Shown here: positions 25,104-35,696 of the stretch, piece after piece | How the letters are laid out: each line of letters starts with the position of its first letter | Numbering within the stretch: the first letter of the stretch is position 1 | Source: Eledone cirrhosa | Lineage: Eukaryota | DNA length: 64,000 nucleotides | Direction of reading: 5' to 3' | Assembly: GCA_964016885.1 (NCBI GenBank) | Contig: OZ024741.1 | Coordinates: forward strand, 117,614,001-117,678,000 | Notes under the pieces: generated by a model | Told to the model about the DNA's origin: nothing | Database searches by the model: none | The model's input: only the letters and a program-made list of their open reading frames with translations | Program-made: the position numbers and the translations under genes

Positions 25104-26724
25104 TCATCATCATCATCATCACCGTTTTACGTCCGTTCTTCCACGCTAGCATGGGTTAGACGGGTTGTCCTGTTGTGGGCAGTGTCTGGTCGGCTGACCA
25201 TGCCTTGCTCATACAGGAACTGATCTGGCTTGATTTCTACAGCTGGATGCCCTTCCTAACACCAACCTCATTTACAGTGAGTGCTGGGTGCTTTTTCGTG
25301 GCGCCTACACGTCCACTTTACAGTGTGGGCTGGGTGCTTTTTTGCCGTGGCACCTCCACGACCACCTTGCGGTGGGGGGGGGGGGGGCATATTGTTTATA
25401 TGCTTCAGCATGTACCCATGGGAGGTCGGGTACCCTGTATTACTGCGTGACGCCAGAAGTCACGGTCGTGTGTCATTGACTTTGAGAGGTGTAGTTGGGT
25501 AAGGTCGGCTTTTATCACCTCATCCCAAGTCATCTTGGGTCTCCCCACTCCGCGGTTTCCATCAACTTCTAGTGCTCTGCACCTTTTTATGCAGCTGTCA
25601 TCCTTCATACGCATCACATGTCCATACCAACGTAACCGCCTCTCCTGCACGCAGCATTTGATTCCTCTTATGCTCAGTCTCTCTCTCAATTCATTTATGC
25701 TTTGTCGTTCACGTATATTACTGTTACACATCCATCGGAGCATGCAGGCTTCGTTTCTCTCTAATCTACGTAAGTCTTCCACCTTCAGCGCCCAGGTCTC
25801 ACTACCATGCAACATCGCTGTTCGGATACACGCATCATACAGTCTGCCTTTCATTCTGAGGGAGAAGCCTTTTGCAGCTAGCAGTGGTAGTAGTTCCCTA
25901 AACTTCTTCCATCCCGTTCTTACCCTAGTTATTGTACTTTCTGAGCACCCACCTCCGTTGCTAATTCGGTCACCTAGGTAGCAGAAGCTGTCTACTGTTT
26001 CTACAGGGCCCTCCCAGAGATTGGTGGTACTTGTTTCCTGTGGCTGTTTGCTTGCTGTTTCAGCACAGCTGCTGCATGTGAATCCTACATTCTTAATTAA
26101 GCTTCCTGAGATCCCGCTACATCTCTTGTGTACCCATTGTTTGCATTTGGGGCAAAGAATGGAGTTCCTACCTACACCTTTCCTACATACTGAGCAAGGC
26201 CATTTCCCTGAGGGGATCTGGGTTCTGTTTTCTCGTCTACTTATAAGGACCTTAGTCTTTGTCATGTTGACTTTGAGGCCCTTTCTCTCTAGTCCCTGCT
26301 TCCAGGTTTGGAATTTATTCTCTAGTTCTACCATAGATTCAGCTATGAGTGCGAGGTCATCAGCATACAGGAGTTCCCATGGGCATCCGGTCTTAAACTC
26401 CTCCGTTATTGCCTGCAGGACTATGATGAACAGGAGAGGGCTAAGAACAGAGCCCTGGTGGACCCCAACCTGTACGCTAAATTCCTCGCTATACTCATTG
26501 CCAATCCTAACTTTGCTGACTGCTCCCCTATACATGGCTTGTACCGCTTTCACAAGCCATTCATCTACTCCTAGTTTTCTAAGAGCCCACCAGATTACTG
26601 CACGTGGAACTCTGTCAAAGGCTTTCTCAAGGTCGACAAATGCCAAGTAGAGTGGCTTACTTTTAGCTAGGTACTTTTCCTGTAATTGCCTCACAAGGAA
26701 GAGCGCATCAGTGGTGCCTTTCCC
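25104..26724 (-). mobile_element. 5'-truncated RTE-clade LINE (copy 1), RT ORF uninterrupted
   Basis: ORF 25405-26694 has AFVDLEKAFD, GVHQGSVLSP, LYADD, FCYLG and RLRWYGHV. 3' UTR ends in a (GAT)n tail at about 25104-25120. Flanks are TA-rich. Confidence 0.95.
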
Positions 26725-27692
26725 ATATTTATATACATATATATAGATATGATGTGTATATATATATTACAAAGCTGTGTGTCTGCATTCAAGAAATGAA
26801 GCAAACAATCTAAGGTTTCTGCATTACATTGAAAAGATACAGTAGTAAAATAGTCTGTAGTAGACTCAACACAAGTTGATGTAAAATCTAAGTATTGACA
26901 TTATTCCATTGTTTTACAAGCTTCATACCCATCATCGGATCCTTTTTGATCCAATGTTCTACAACCATCTTAACTCTTTGTTGTCTCATACAACATGCAG
27001 TAATGTACAGATTTTAAACTGGATACACACACCATTATTCCATTGTTTTCTTACCAATTATTTATTATTTCTTTTTTTGCCTTCTCTGACATATCCTTCC
27101 TTTTTACAATCCTTGTTTATGAATATTTGGTCAATAACTGGCCAACTAACTGTTTTTGTCATGAAAAAAAAAGGTGTTAACTTATTTGACATACTCTGGG
27201 AATAGTATGTCATTTCAACTGAATGTGAGTAATATCGTAAGTGCCTACTTACACTTTAGAATTTGTATAAGAATAAAACTTTAGCTGGTCATACTTGTTC
27301 TTGTATTTCACATAGGTATTATTGTTGAAATGCATATGTTCCAATTTTAATATTTTTGCACTATAATCTATGATGACCTCTCTTGTGCTGTTGATATGCT
27401 CAAACCAACCCAGCTCACCTAGTAAAGTGCAGTGCTAGTGCCACTTAAAAACACACCCAGTCCAATCAGTAAATTGATAGTGCTGGTGTCACAAAAAAAA
27501 ATACACTCAGTATATCCTGTTAGGCAGTTGGTGTTAGGAAGGGCATCTAGCCATAAACACCATGCCAGATATGGAACTTAAGGTCATTCCAACCTGTCTG
27601 GTCTTGAACCATGACAACTTGTCCAATTAATGCTAGTATAGGAAGTGGACATAAAAATGATGGTAATGGTTCTCAGAGAATATAACATTAAT

Positions 27693-27876
27693 TGTTTCTA
27701 CTTTAGGCACAAGGCCAGCAATTACCCAGTGCATTACTGGTACTTTATTTTATCGACCCCGTAAGGATGAAAGGCAAAGTCAACCTCAGCGGGATTTGAA
27801 CTCAGATCGTAAAGGGACGTAACTATGCTAGAAAGCATGGCGTCCGACACTCTACCGATACTGCCAATCCACCGCC
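27693..27876 (-). mobile_element. Young family A SINE with 21-bp flanking direct repeat
   Basis: CTCAGAGAATATAACATTAAT at 27672-27692 and 27877-27897. Confidence 0.93.
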
Positions 27877-28080
27877 CTCAGAGAATATAACATTAATATT
27901 AGTATTTGTTTTTTATATTTAAATTTTTCTTTTTAGATAAATTTATTATAATATCAATTTTCTTTCAGCCTTGTTAATTCTTTTATTCCACTAATTAGAA
28001 GTTAGATATGTCATATTAAGGATCATAGTTAACAAATTTTAAGTAGGCATGGAGCAAAAAAATGTTCAATATATATATGT

Positions 28081-28284
28081 ACAAAGAGGGTGTGGTAAGA
28101 TACCAGGTGGACCATAATGCACCAGAGTACTCAGTACTTAGGGTAGTAGAGTGGGTAATAGGAAAAGGGTCAGGACCCCGACGGCTGAGCTGTGGCCGTT
28201 TCGGCAGCTAGATCCAAACTCAGTTCGGATCTAGCTGTCGAAACAGCTGGAGCTTAGCCGTCGGGGTACTGACTCTTTTCCTAT
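28081..28284. repeat. Foldback element with 58-bp arms (28158-28215 and 28227-28284)
   Basis: Arms are reverse-complementary with few mismatches. A related copy lies in the opposite orientation at 31793-31935. Confidence 0.9.
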
Positions 28285-28318
28285 GTATAATATATGGATT
28301 CCACACACACACACACAC

Positions 28319-28353
<35 letters not shown>

Positions 28354-28679
28354 GAGAGAGAGAGATAGACATTAAATGATAATTATGTGTGAAAAGTGAA
28401 TTAGATTTAGGAAGCCATTACAGTTTAAATGGAGTTATAAGTATTGAAGTAACATTACTAGGAAATGGAAGAAAGAAAATGTTATGAATGTTATCTTGGA
28501 AATGTTTAAGAGTTGCATATATTTTGAGTATGATGGAAAAATGTTAAAGGAGGATCAGGGAGTGGGATTAGATGTCCATCAATTGTGCTGTCAATTTCTT
28601 TGAGAAAAGCATACATATTACAACATTCCCTTTCTTGACCTTGAAGAGTATTCTACCTACTTAAAAGAAATTAATATTT

Positions 28680-28934
28680 AATAATTGTTTCTACTTTAGG
28701 CACAAGGCCAGCAATTACCCAGTACATTACTGGTACTTTATTAATATTTAATAATTGTTTCTTCTTTTGGCACAAGGCCAGCAAATACACAGTGTATTAC
28801 TGGTACTTTATTTTATCGACCCCATAAGGATGAAAGGCAAAGTTAACCTTGGCGGGATTTGAACTCAGAATGGCAAGGGCCGTAACTATGCGTCAAAACA
28901 TGGCGTCCGACCCTCTACTGATACTGCCAATCCA
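28680..28934 (-). mobile_element. Family A SINE plus a truncated 3'-end copy
   Basis: A 70-bp unit (28671-28740) recurs at 28741-28810, followed by the rest of the SINE. Confidence 0.88.
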
Positions 28935-28971
28935 ATGATTTAAATACATCCTCATTATTAGAGGAACCTTT

Positions 28972-29145
28972 AGGGCGGTGGATTGGCTGTATCAGTAGAG
29001 CGGCGGACACCATGTTTCATGGCATAGAGTTATGTTCTGACTTCCGATCCTACCAAGGTTAACTTTGTCTTTCATCTTTACAGGGTCGATAAAATTGACT
29101 CTCCCCTCCCCTTCAAATTACTGGCCTTGTGCCTAAGAAGAAACA
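28972..29145 (+). mobile_element. Family A SINE with 18-bp TSD
   Basis: ATTATTAGAGGAACCTTT at 28954-28971 and 29146-29163. Confidence 0.9.
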
Positions 29146-29249
29146 ATTATTAGAGGAACCTTTGAAATTTTAGATTCTGAAAATTATGTTTAAAGAAATG
29201 TTAAAATAATTTTTAATGTGTGACTTCCCAATGTAAATCTTCAGTTTAC

Positions 29250-29500
29250 TTTTTCTTCTTCTTCTTCTTCCACTTATTCTTCTTCCACTTATTCTTGTGA
29301 GGGTTGTGCGGACAGCAATCCTCAAACACTCCTTCCAGCAGGTCCTGTCAGAAGCAACTATCTCCAATTAATCCAGTTGGATCCTCAAGCAAGACCAGCC
29401 AAGCTCATGGATGTTATCCAACAATCTTGCTTGGGGTCTACTCCTGTCTATTGCCAGCTGGTTTTGCCCATAAAATCTGTCCAGTGATTCTTTCCTGAGA
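29250..29500 (-). mobile_element. Decayed RTE (Rex3/Expander-like) 3' end with (GAA)n tail
   Basis: Encodes RPQARLLDNIHELGWSCL...VASDRTCWKECL followed by GAAGAA repeats. Confidence 0.7.
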
Positions 29501-31044
29501 CATTCTAACAGTTTATTTAGATTTATTAAGAGAAAGATGCAGTTTTTTAACAACTCCTACGTGTAGTGAATTAACTGAAAGAAAAATTGACCAATGTGTG
29601 TTTTGTGCTTGACATGTAAATATATATGTGTGTTTGTACGTGTGCATACTTACATTTATGTAGCAGCTGTGCTAGGGCGAGAAATAAAATTCTAATTTTA
29701 TTTTATATATCTATATATATATATATACATGCACACACACAAATGCATATATATGTGTGTGTGTTTGTATGTGTAAACTTTGTTACAAATGAAGTAATTA
29801 ACAATAGTCTGGAAGAATTGACTTATCTCGTTATGTGATATTTTTGAAGACTTTTAAATGCTAGCGACTAAATATTCCATCTCACCACCAAATAACCAAC
29901 CAACCAAACACAAAAAAAGAACTACAAATAAAGTCATTTTCCACTGAAATACAATTATTTTCATTACAACCAGTTCGTTGTTTCTCTAGCATGTAATTGG
30001 TCTTTGATATCATTGGACAGCTCCAATTTCAGATATGCACTTCAATTATATGCTGACTACTTTCTAAAATTATCACTGCAATTTTTTTGTCATTTTGACT
30101 TTTATCTACACTGCACACTTGTTATTTTAACATATTTTCAGCATTTTCTACAAAACTGGTTCAAATTATCTCAAATGCTAATCTATCATTGATCTCGGCT
30201 TATCAGTTTATTATTATTATTTTTTTTTTTTACCTTTTTTGACATGGCTCTTATATTTGTATGGCCTTTAAAAGAAAAGCATTTATTTAAACTTTCTAGA
30301 TGGTAAAGTATCTAAATTAACAAAAAAAAACAATAATAATAAATATTTATATTAGAATGCAGCATTCAATTAAAGATTAAGGTAAACTTAAGGTAGATAT
30401 AACTGTTGTTTTTTTTTTCTTTTTTTAATTTGAAGCTTTGGCTGTAATAAGAATGAGCTGCAAAGTGTAAAAACTTTAAAATATTCCTCCGTACACAGAA
30501 AAACATAAAAAATTATTCTTATACTGATGTTTTAACAATTATTGTCAGCTCATCAGAGAATAACTACTGTGATTCCATGTATGAAGGAATGTTGCTATAT
30601 CAATGCTATATATGTCATGTAGATTATAGAAGATACCTAAAATGGTCTGTCTAATTTGCATGGCTACATAATTAAATAATGAAATAGTTCTATCTAGCTT
30701 AAGATTATGTTAAAAAAGATATTTGTACTTGATATCCATATATGGCCTAAATACGATTCGTTCAATATGACATATTTCCATTATTGTTTAATCATTTATA
30801 CAGTGATTGAAAATTGGAAAAACCAAAATATTTTCAGTTTTGGATAAAATGTTAATTGATTTTGAAATTATTAAAGTAGGTATTTTGATAGTAACTTTGG
30901 TGTTGCCTTTGTTCACAGAAGTGATAAAGGTCTTTAAAAAATTGAGGACAAATACTTTGCATATGGCCAGATATATACAAAGTTTAATATTCTATTGTAG
31001 ATTATTGCTTAATAATATACTAATAATTATACAACTATGCATGC

Positions 31045-31095
<51 letters not shown>

Positions 31096-31119
31096 AGTTT
31101 GACTTTGCAAATGAAAATT

Positions 31120-31415
31120 AAGAAGTGGGTGGTCCACTTTGACTGCAGGCATGGTTGCAACACCTGTAGATGAAGGTCCGGTCAGGATTTGATAACCTGG
31201 TGTTGCAGTTATTCCTCCTGTACTTTTTGTCCTCAAGGGTGGTTCAGCAGGTGTTTTCAAAAAGGAGACAGCATGGTCAATAGGGAGATACCAAATGTTA
31301 CAGTCTTCAGTTAGGGGGGATCACTGGGGATGGTCGATGTGACAGGAAACAAGGGATTTTTTTCAAATAGTCCTTGTATCACTTCTTTGGTGGCCCTTTG
31401 TTATGAAAGCCAGCA
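31120..31415 (-). mobile_element. Decayed RTE (BovB/AviRTE-like) C-terminal fragment
   Basis: Translation across stops and frameshifts gives GPPKK*YKDYLKKSLVSCHIDH...FENT...LEDKKYRRNN...NPDRTF, typical of RTE C-termini. Confidence 0.7.
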
Positions 31416-31939
31416 GAGAGTTCGGTATACATATAATGCAGTTGATTGGCAGAGTCATTAGAGTGTTAGAAGGTGCTGCAATACTTCTTCTGGCTCTCTG
31501 CATTCTGAGCTCAAATCCCAGCCCTGCCAAGGTCGAATTTGCCTTTCATTCTTTCAGAGACAATAAAAAAGAAGTGTCATCCCAGTGCTAATGCAGCCTT
31601 CTTTTCTTCCAGCTATCACATCTTGACTATTCTGCTGGTCTACTGGGGTGAGGGGTGTGGTAAACTGTATTTATGTCTCCCTGTAATTATTGGGGCACCT
31701 TAAGTCGTAAATAAAACATGGTACATACTACTAAGTCCCCCTCAATTGCAAGTGATGGCCATAGCTATATTTGTGTGTGTATATATATATATATAGGAAA
31801 ATGTTTGACCCCGAAACGGCTTGAGCTCTGTCGTCGGGTCATTCATTTTCCTATTACCTACTCTACTACCCTAAGTATTGAGTACTCTGGTGCGTTATGG
31901 TCCATCTGGTTCTTTACCACAACTCCTTTGTTATATATA

Positions 31940-32819
31940 CAGGGTGCGGACGATATTTGTTCGCAAGATTACTGTCTAGGAAAAAATAACACAGTAGTTT
32001 TATTTTTTAAGATATATTTATCAAACTTGGGTCAGTTTGTCTTCGTGACTTGTTCTTTCGATCTCACTCGATAAACCTACCATTGGCTTTGATGACGGCC
32101 TCGGAACCGACTACAGGCCTTCGTCACTGTACCCCAACTTAGGCCTCTAAAGGCACTTGTGATCCTGGCCTTTAGATCATCTTCCGTATTGCAGCTAGAT
32201 CTGTTGGTGTCTCGTTCCACTGCGCCCCACACAAAGAAGTCGAGGGGGTTGCAGTCAGGAGAGCTGGGAGGCCAGATGTCAGGTGAAGTGTGGTCGACAA
32301 ATTTCTCTGACAGCCAGGCTTGGGTCTTTCGGCTGGTATGGCAGGGCGCTGAGTCTTGCTGCCACACATACGTCCTACCTGCAGCTACCTGGTTGAGCCA
32401 GGGCTTGACTACCTCGCTCAGAACGCGGATGTAGCCATCGGTGTTCAGCTTGAGGCCCTCAGGGAAGAAGTGAGGTGGCATGACGTCACCTTGACTGCTG
32501 ACGACACCTAAGACCAATGTTGTCGCTGGAAACTTTGTCTGCATGACTCTGGGAACGTCTTTTGATGAGACATGATTCTCCTGCTGACGCTGAGAAAGTC
32601 TGAAATTTCCTTATTTGTCCTCCCAGCGCGGATTCCAAGAAGAACTCCGTGTTTCTTCCACAAATTTGGAGGTTCAAAATTATTCATAATCAATTATTCT
32701 GAAAATAAATAATGGAAATATAGTCACTGTTTTTATGAAGACAGGAGTGACAACGGAAGTAAAAAAATTTGCATAAAATTAGCAGTTGAAAATTACGAAC
32801 AAATATCGTCCTCACCCTA
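31940..32819 (-). mobile_element. Internally deleted Tc1/mariner transposon of the DD37D (maT) group
   Basis: About 26-bp TIRs (AGGGTG(C/A)GGACGATATTTGTTCG) flanked by TA. ORF 32077-32544 has WQQDSAPCH...WPPSSPDCNPLD with 37 residues between the two Asp. A short N-terminal remnant lies in ORF 32508-32693. Confidence 0.9.
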
Positions 32820-32840
32820 TATATATATATATATATATAT

Positions 32841-35696
32841 ATCATCATCATCATCATCATCAACGTTTAACGTCCGTGTTCCACGCTTGCATGGGTTTGG
32901 ACGGGGGTAGTCCCACTTGAGGCAAGAGTGATTGTCTTGCTCGCATAGGACTGTCTGGCAGGTTTTCTACAGTTGGATGCCCTTCCTAACACCAACCACA
33001 TTTACAGTGTGGGTCTGGGAGGTTTTTACCGTGTTGCCTACACGGCCACATTACAGCGTGGACTGTGTGTTTTTTTGTCGTGACACCTACACGATCTCAT
33101 TTGTTTCGGCCTGGATGGCGCGGCACCAACATAACTTTACATAGAACGGGGTGGTGTGGATGGGGTGGGGGCGGGGGTGGTGGGACGGGGTGTATTTTGT
33201 TAGAGATGCCTACTGGCTGGAGTAGGTTTTACTATATATTTAGGTAAGGCGGGTCTTCTCTGTTACTGAGTACCGCCAAAGGTCTCGGTCCAGTGACATT
33301 GTCTTGGAGAGGTGTAAGTGTGTGATGTCGGAGTTTATCAGCTCGTCCCAGGTTTTTCTAGGTCTGCCTATTCCGTGACTACCGTCTATCTTTATTGCCC
33401 TGCACTTTGTTATACAGCTATCGACTTTCATGCGCATCACGTGTCCATACCAACGTAGCCTTCTCTCGAGTAAACAACATCTGATCCCTCTTATCTCTAA
33501 TTTTTTCCTTAGTTCGTTTATGCTTTGCCGTTCACGTATATTACTGTTACACATCCAGCGGAGCATGCAAGCTTCGTTCCTCTCTAGTCTGCGTATATCC
33601 TCTGCACACAATGCCCAGGTCTCACTGCCATGCAGCATTGCTGTTCGTATGCAGGCATCGTACAACCTGCCTTTCATTTTTAGTGAGAACCCTTTAGCAG
33701 CTAATAGTGGTATAAGCTCTCTGAACTTTTTCCAACCAGTTCTGACTCTAGCTACAGTACTTTCAGAGCACCCTCCCCCACTGCTGATTTTATCGCCCAG
33801 GTAACGGAAGCTGTCCACTATTTCTATAGAACCCTCTGCGCAATTGAAAGAGCTAGTAGTTTGTGGGTACTTGCTGCTACTTATTGCACCAGAGCACCGG
33901 CCACATGTAAAATCTATGTTCTTAGTTAGCTTACCTGTGATCCCACTACATCTTTTATGCACCCATACTTTGCATTTAGGACATAAAATGGAGTTTCTAC
34001 CTACGCCTTTCCTACACACCGAGCATGACCATTTCCCAGAAGGGACAGCCGCCTTGTTTTCTTTCCTACAAACTAGTACTTTGGTCTTAGCCAGGTTAAT
34101 TTTAAGTCCTTTTGACTCTAGGCCGTGCTTCCATGTTTGGAATTTCTTCTCTAGCTCGGCCATTGATTCCGCTATGAGTGTCAGGTCGTCTGCGTATAGG
34201 AGTTCCCATGGGCAGCCTGTCTTGAACTCCTCTGTTATAGCCTGAAGGGCAATAATAAATAGTAGTGGGCTGAGAACAGAGCCCTGATGGACGCCAACTT
34301 TTACGCTAAACTCTTCACTATATTCGTTGTTAATTCTAACCTTGCTGACTGTTTCTTTATACATGGCTTGTATAGCCCTCACAAGCCATTCGTCAACGCC
34401 TAGTTTTCTAAGAGCCCACCAGATAATGGAGCGGGGGACTCTGTCGAAGGCTTTCTCCAAGTCGACAAAAGCTAAGTAGAGGGGTTTACCTTTAGCTAGG
34501 TACTTCTCCTGTAGTTGTCGTACTATGAAAAGAGCGTCTGTGGTACTTTTGCCTGACACAAACCCGAACTGCATTTCATCTAGGTCAATTCTCTCTCTGA
34601 TTAGTTGCGCTATTACTTTTTCCGTGACCTTCATGACCTGGTCGATTAATTTAATGCCTCTATAGTTACTCCTATCTAGGGCGTCTCCTTTACCCTTATA
34701 ACAGTTAACGATGATGCTGCTATGCCAGTCCTTCGGAACAACCCCATTCTGTACGACTTGGTTAACTATGCGGGTGACCATGGTGTGTCCCACCGTGCCA
34801 GATGCCTTCAGCATCTCAGCAACTATTTCCGAAGGCCCAGCCGCCTTACCCGTCTTCATATCCTTGATTGCCTTACTTATTATACTCCCCTCGACTAACA
34901 CTGCTGGTCCCTCTATTGGGTCGATATGGGGGAGACTGCCTTTCTCCCAATTATTCTCCTCATTTAGTAGCCTTTCATAGTGACACTTCCAAGCTACCTT
35001 CTTATCAGCGTCGGTGATGGCAAGTGTGCCATCGTCGTTTAGTACACACTTCTCCCCGACAATATCACGGTTTTCCTTGACGCATTGCCTAGCAATCCTG
35101 AACACCTCACGTTTTTGGTCATCGCGTTGTAGAACATGCTTGAACTTTCTTTCCTCAGCTTCCCTTCTTGCTAAGTACACTTGTCTCCTAGCTTCCCTCC
35201 TGGCCACTTGATAGTCCTCTCTACTTCCCCCATCCCGCCATACTTTCCAAGCCTGCTTTTTGGCCTTAATTGACCCCTCCACCTTACTGTTCCACCACCA
35301 TGTTACTCTCCTCCTGCCTACAGGCCTGCTCCAGCCACAGACTTCGTCTGTCGCCAACAGCAGGTTTGCTTTCAGAAATTCCCACTCTCCCTCTATATTG
35401 TCCGACTCTAAATGTTCTTCCTTACTGTCGAAAGCATCAAGTAATATGCTTTGAAATTTATTCCTGGCTGTGGGGTCCTTTAGCTTCCATATTTTCCTCC
35501 TGAGGATAGTCCTCTTCTGTTGTCGAGTACGTCTCGTCCTGACTATGAGGTCGCTAATTATCAGTCTATGTTGGGAGGTGCATTCTTCATGGGGGAGGGA
35601 TTTAGTGTTAACAACAGACACTCTGTCACGTCTTCTGGTAAGGATATAATCTACCTGGCTTGTGTGTTCCCCGGATCTATAGGTGATCAGGTGATT
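32841..35696 (-). mobile_element. 5'-truncated RTE-clade LINE (copy 2): end of APE domain plus full RT, uninterrupted ORF
   Basis: ORF 33240-35747 has TYRSG..SQVDYIL..SQHRL (APE C-terminus), NYRGIKL, QFGF, DLEKAFD, YADD, FRYLG. (GAT)n tail; (TA)n on both sides. Confidence 0.96.

Noticed and set aside
25535-26650. Long + strand ORFs (148 and 209 aa; likewise 33430-35503)
   Set aside because: They are antisense shadows of the RTE ORFs.
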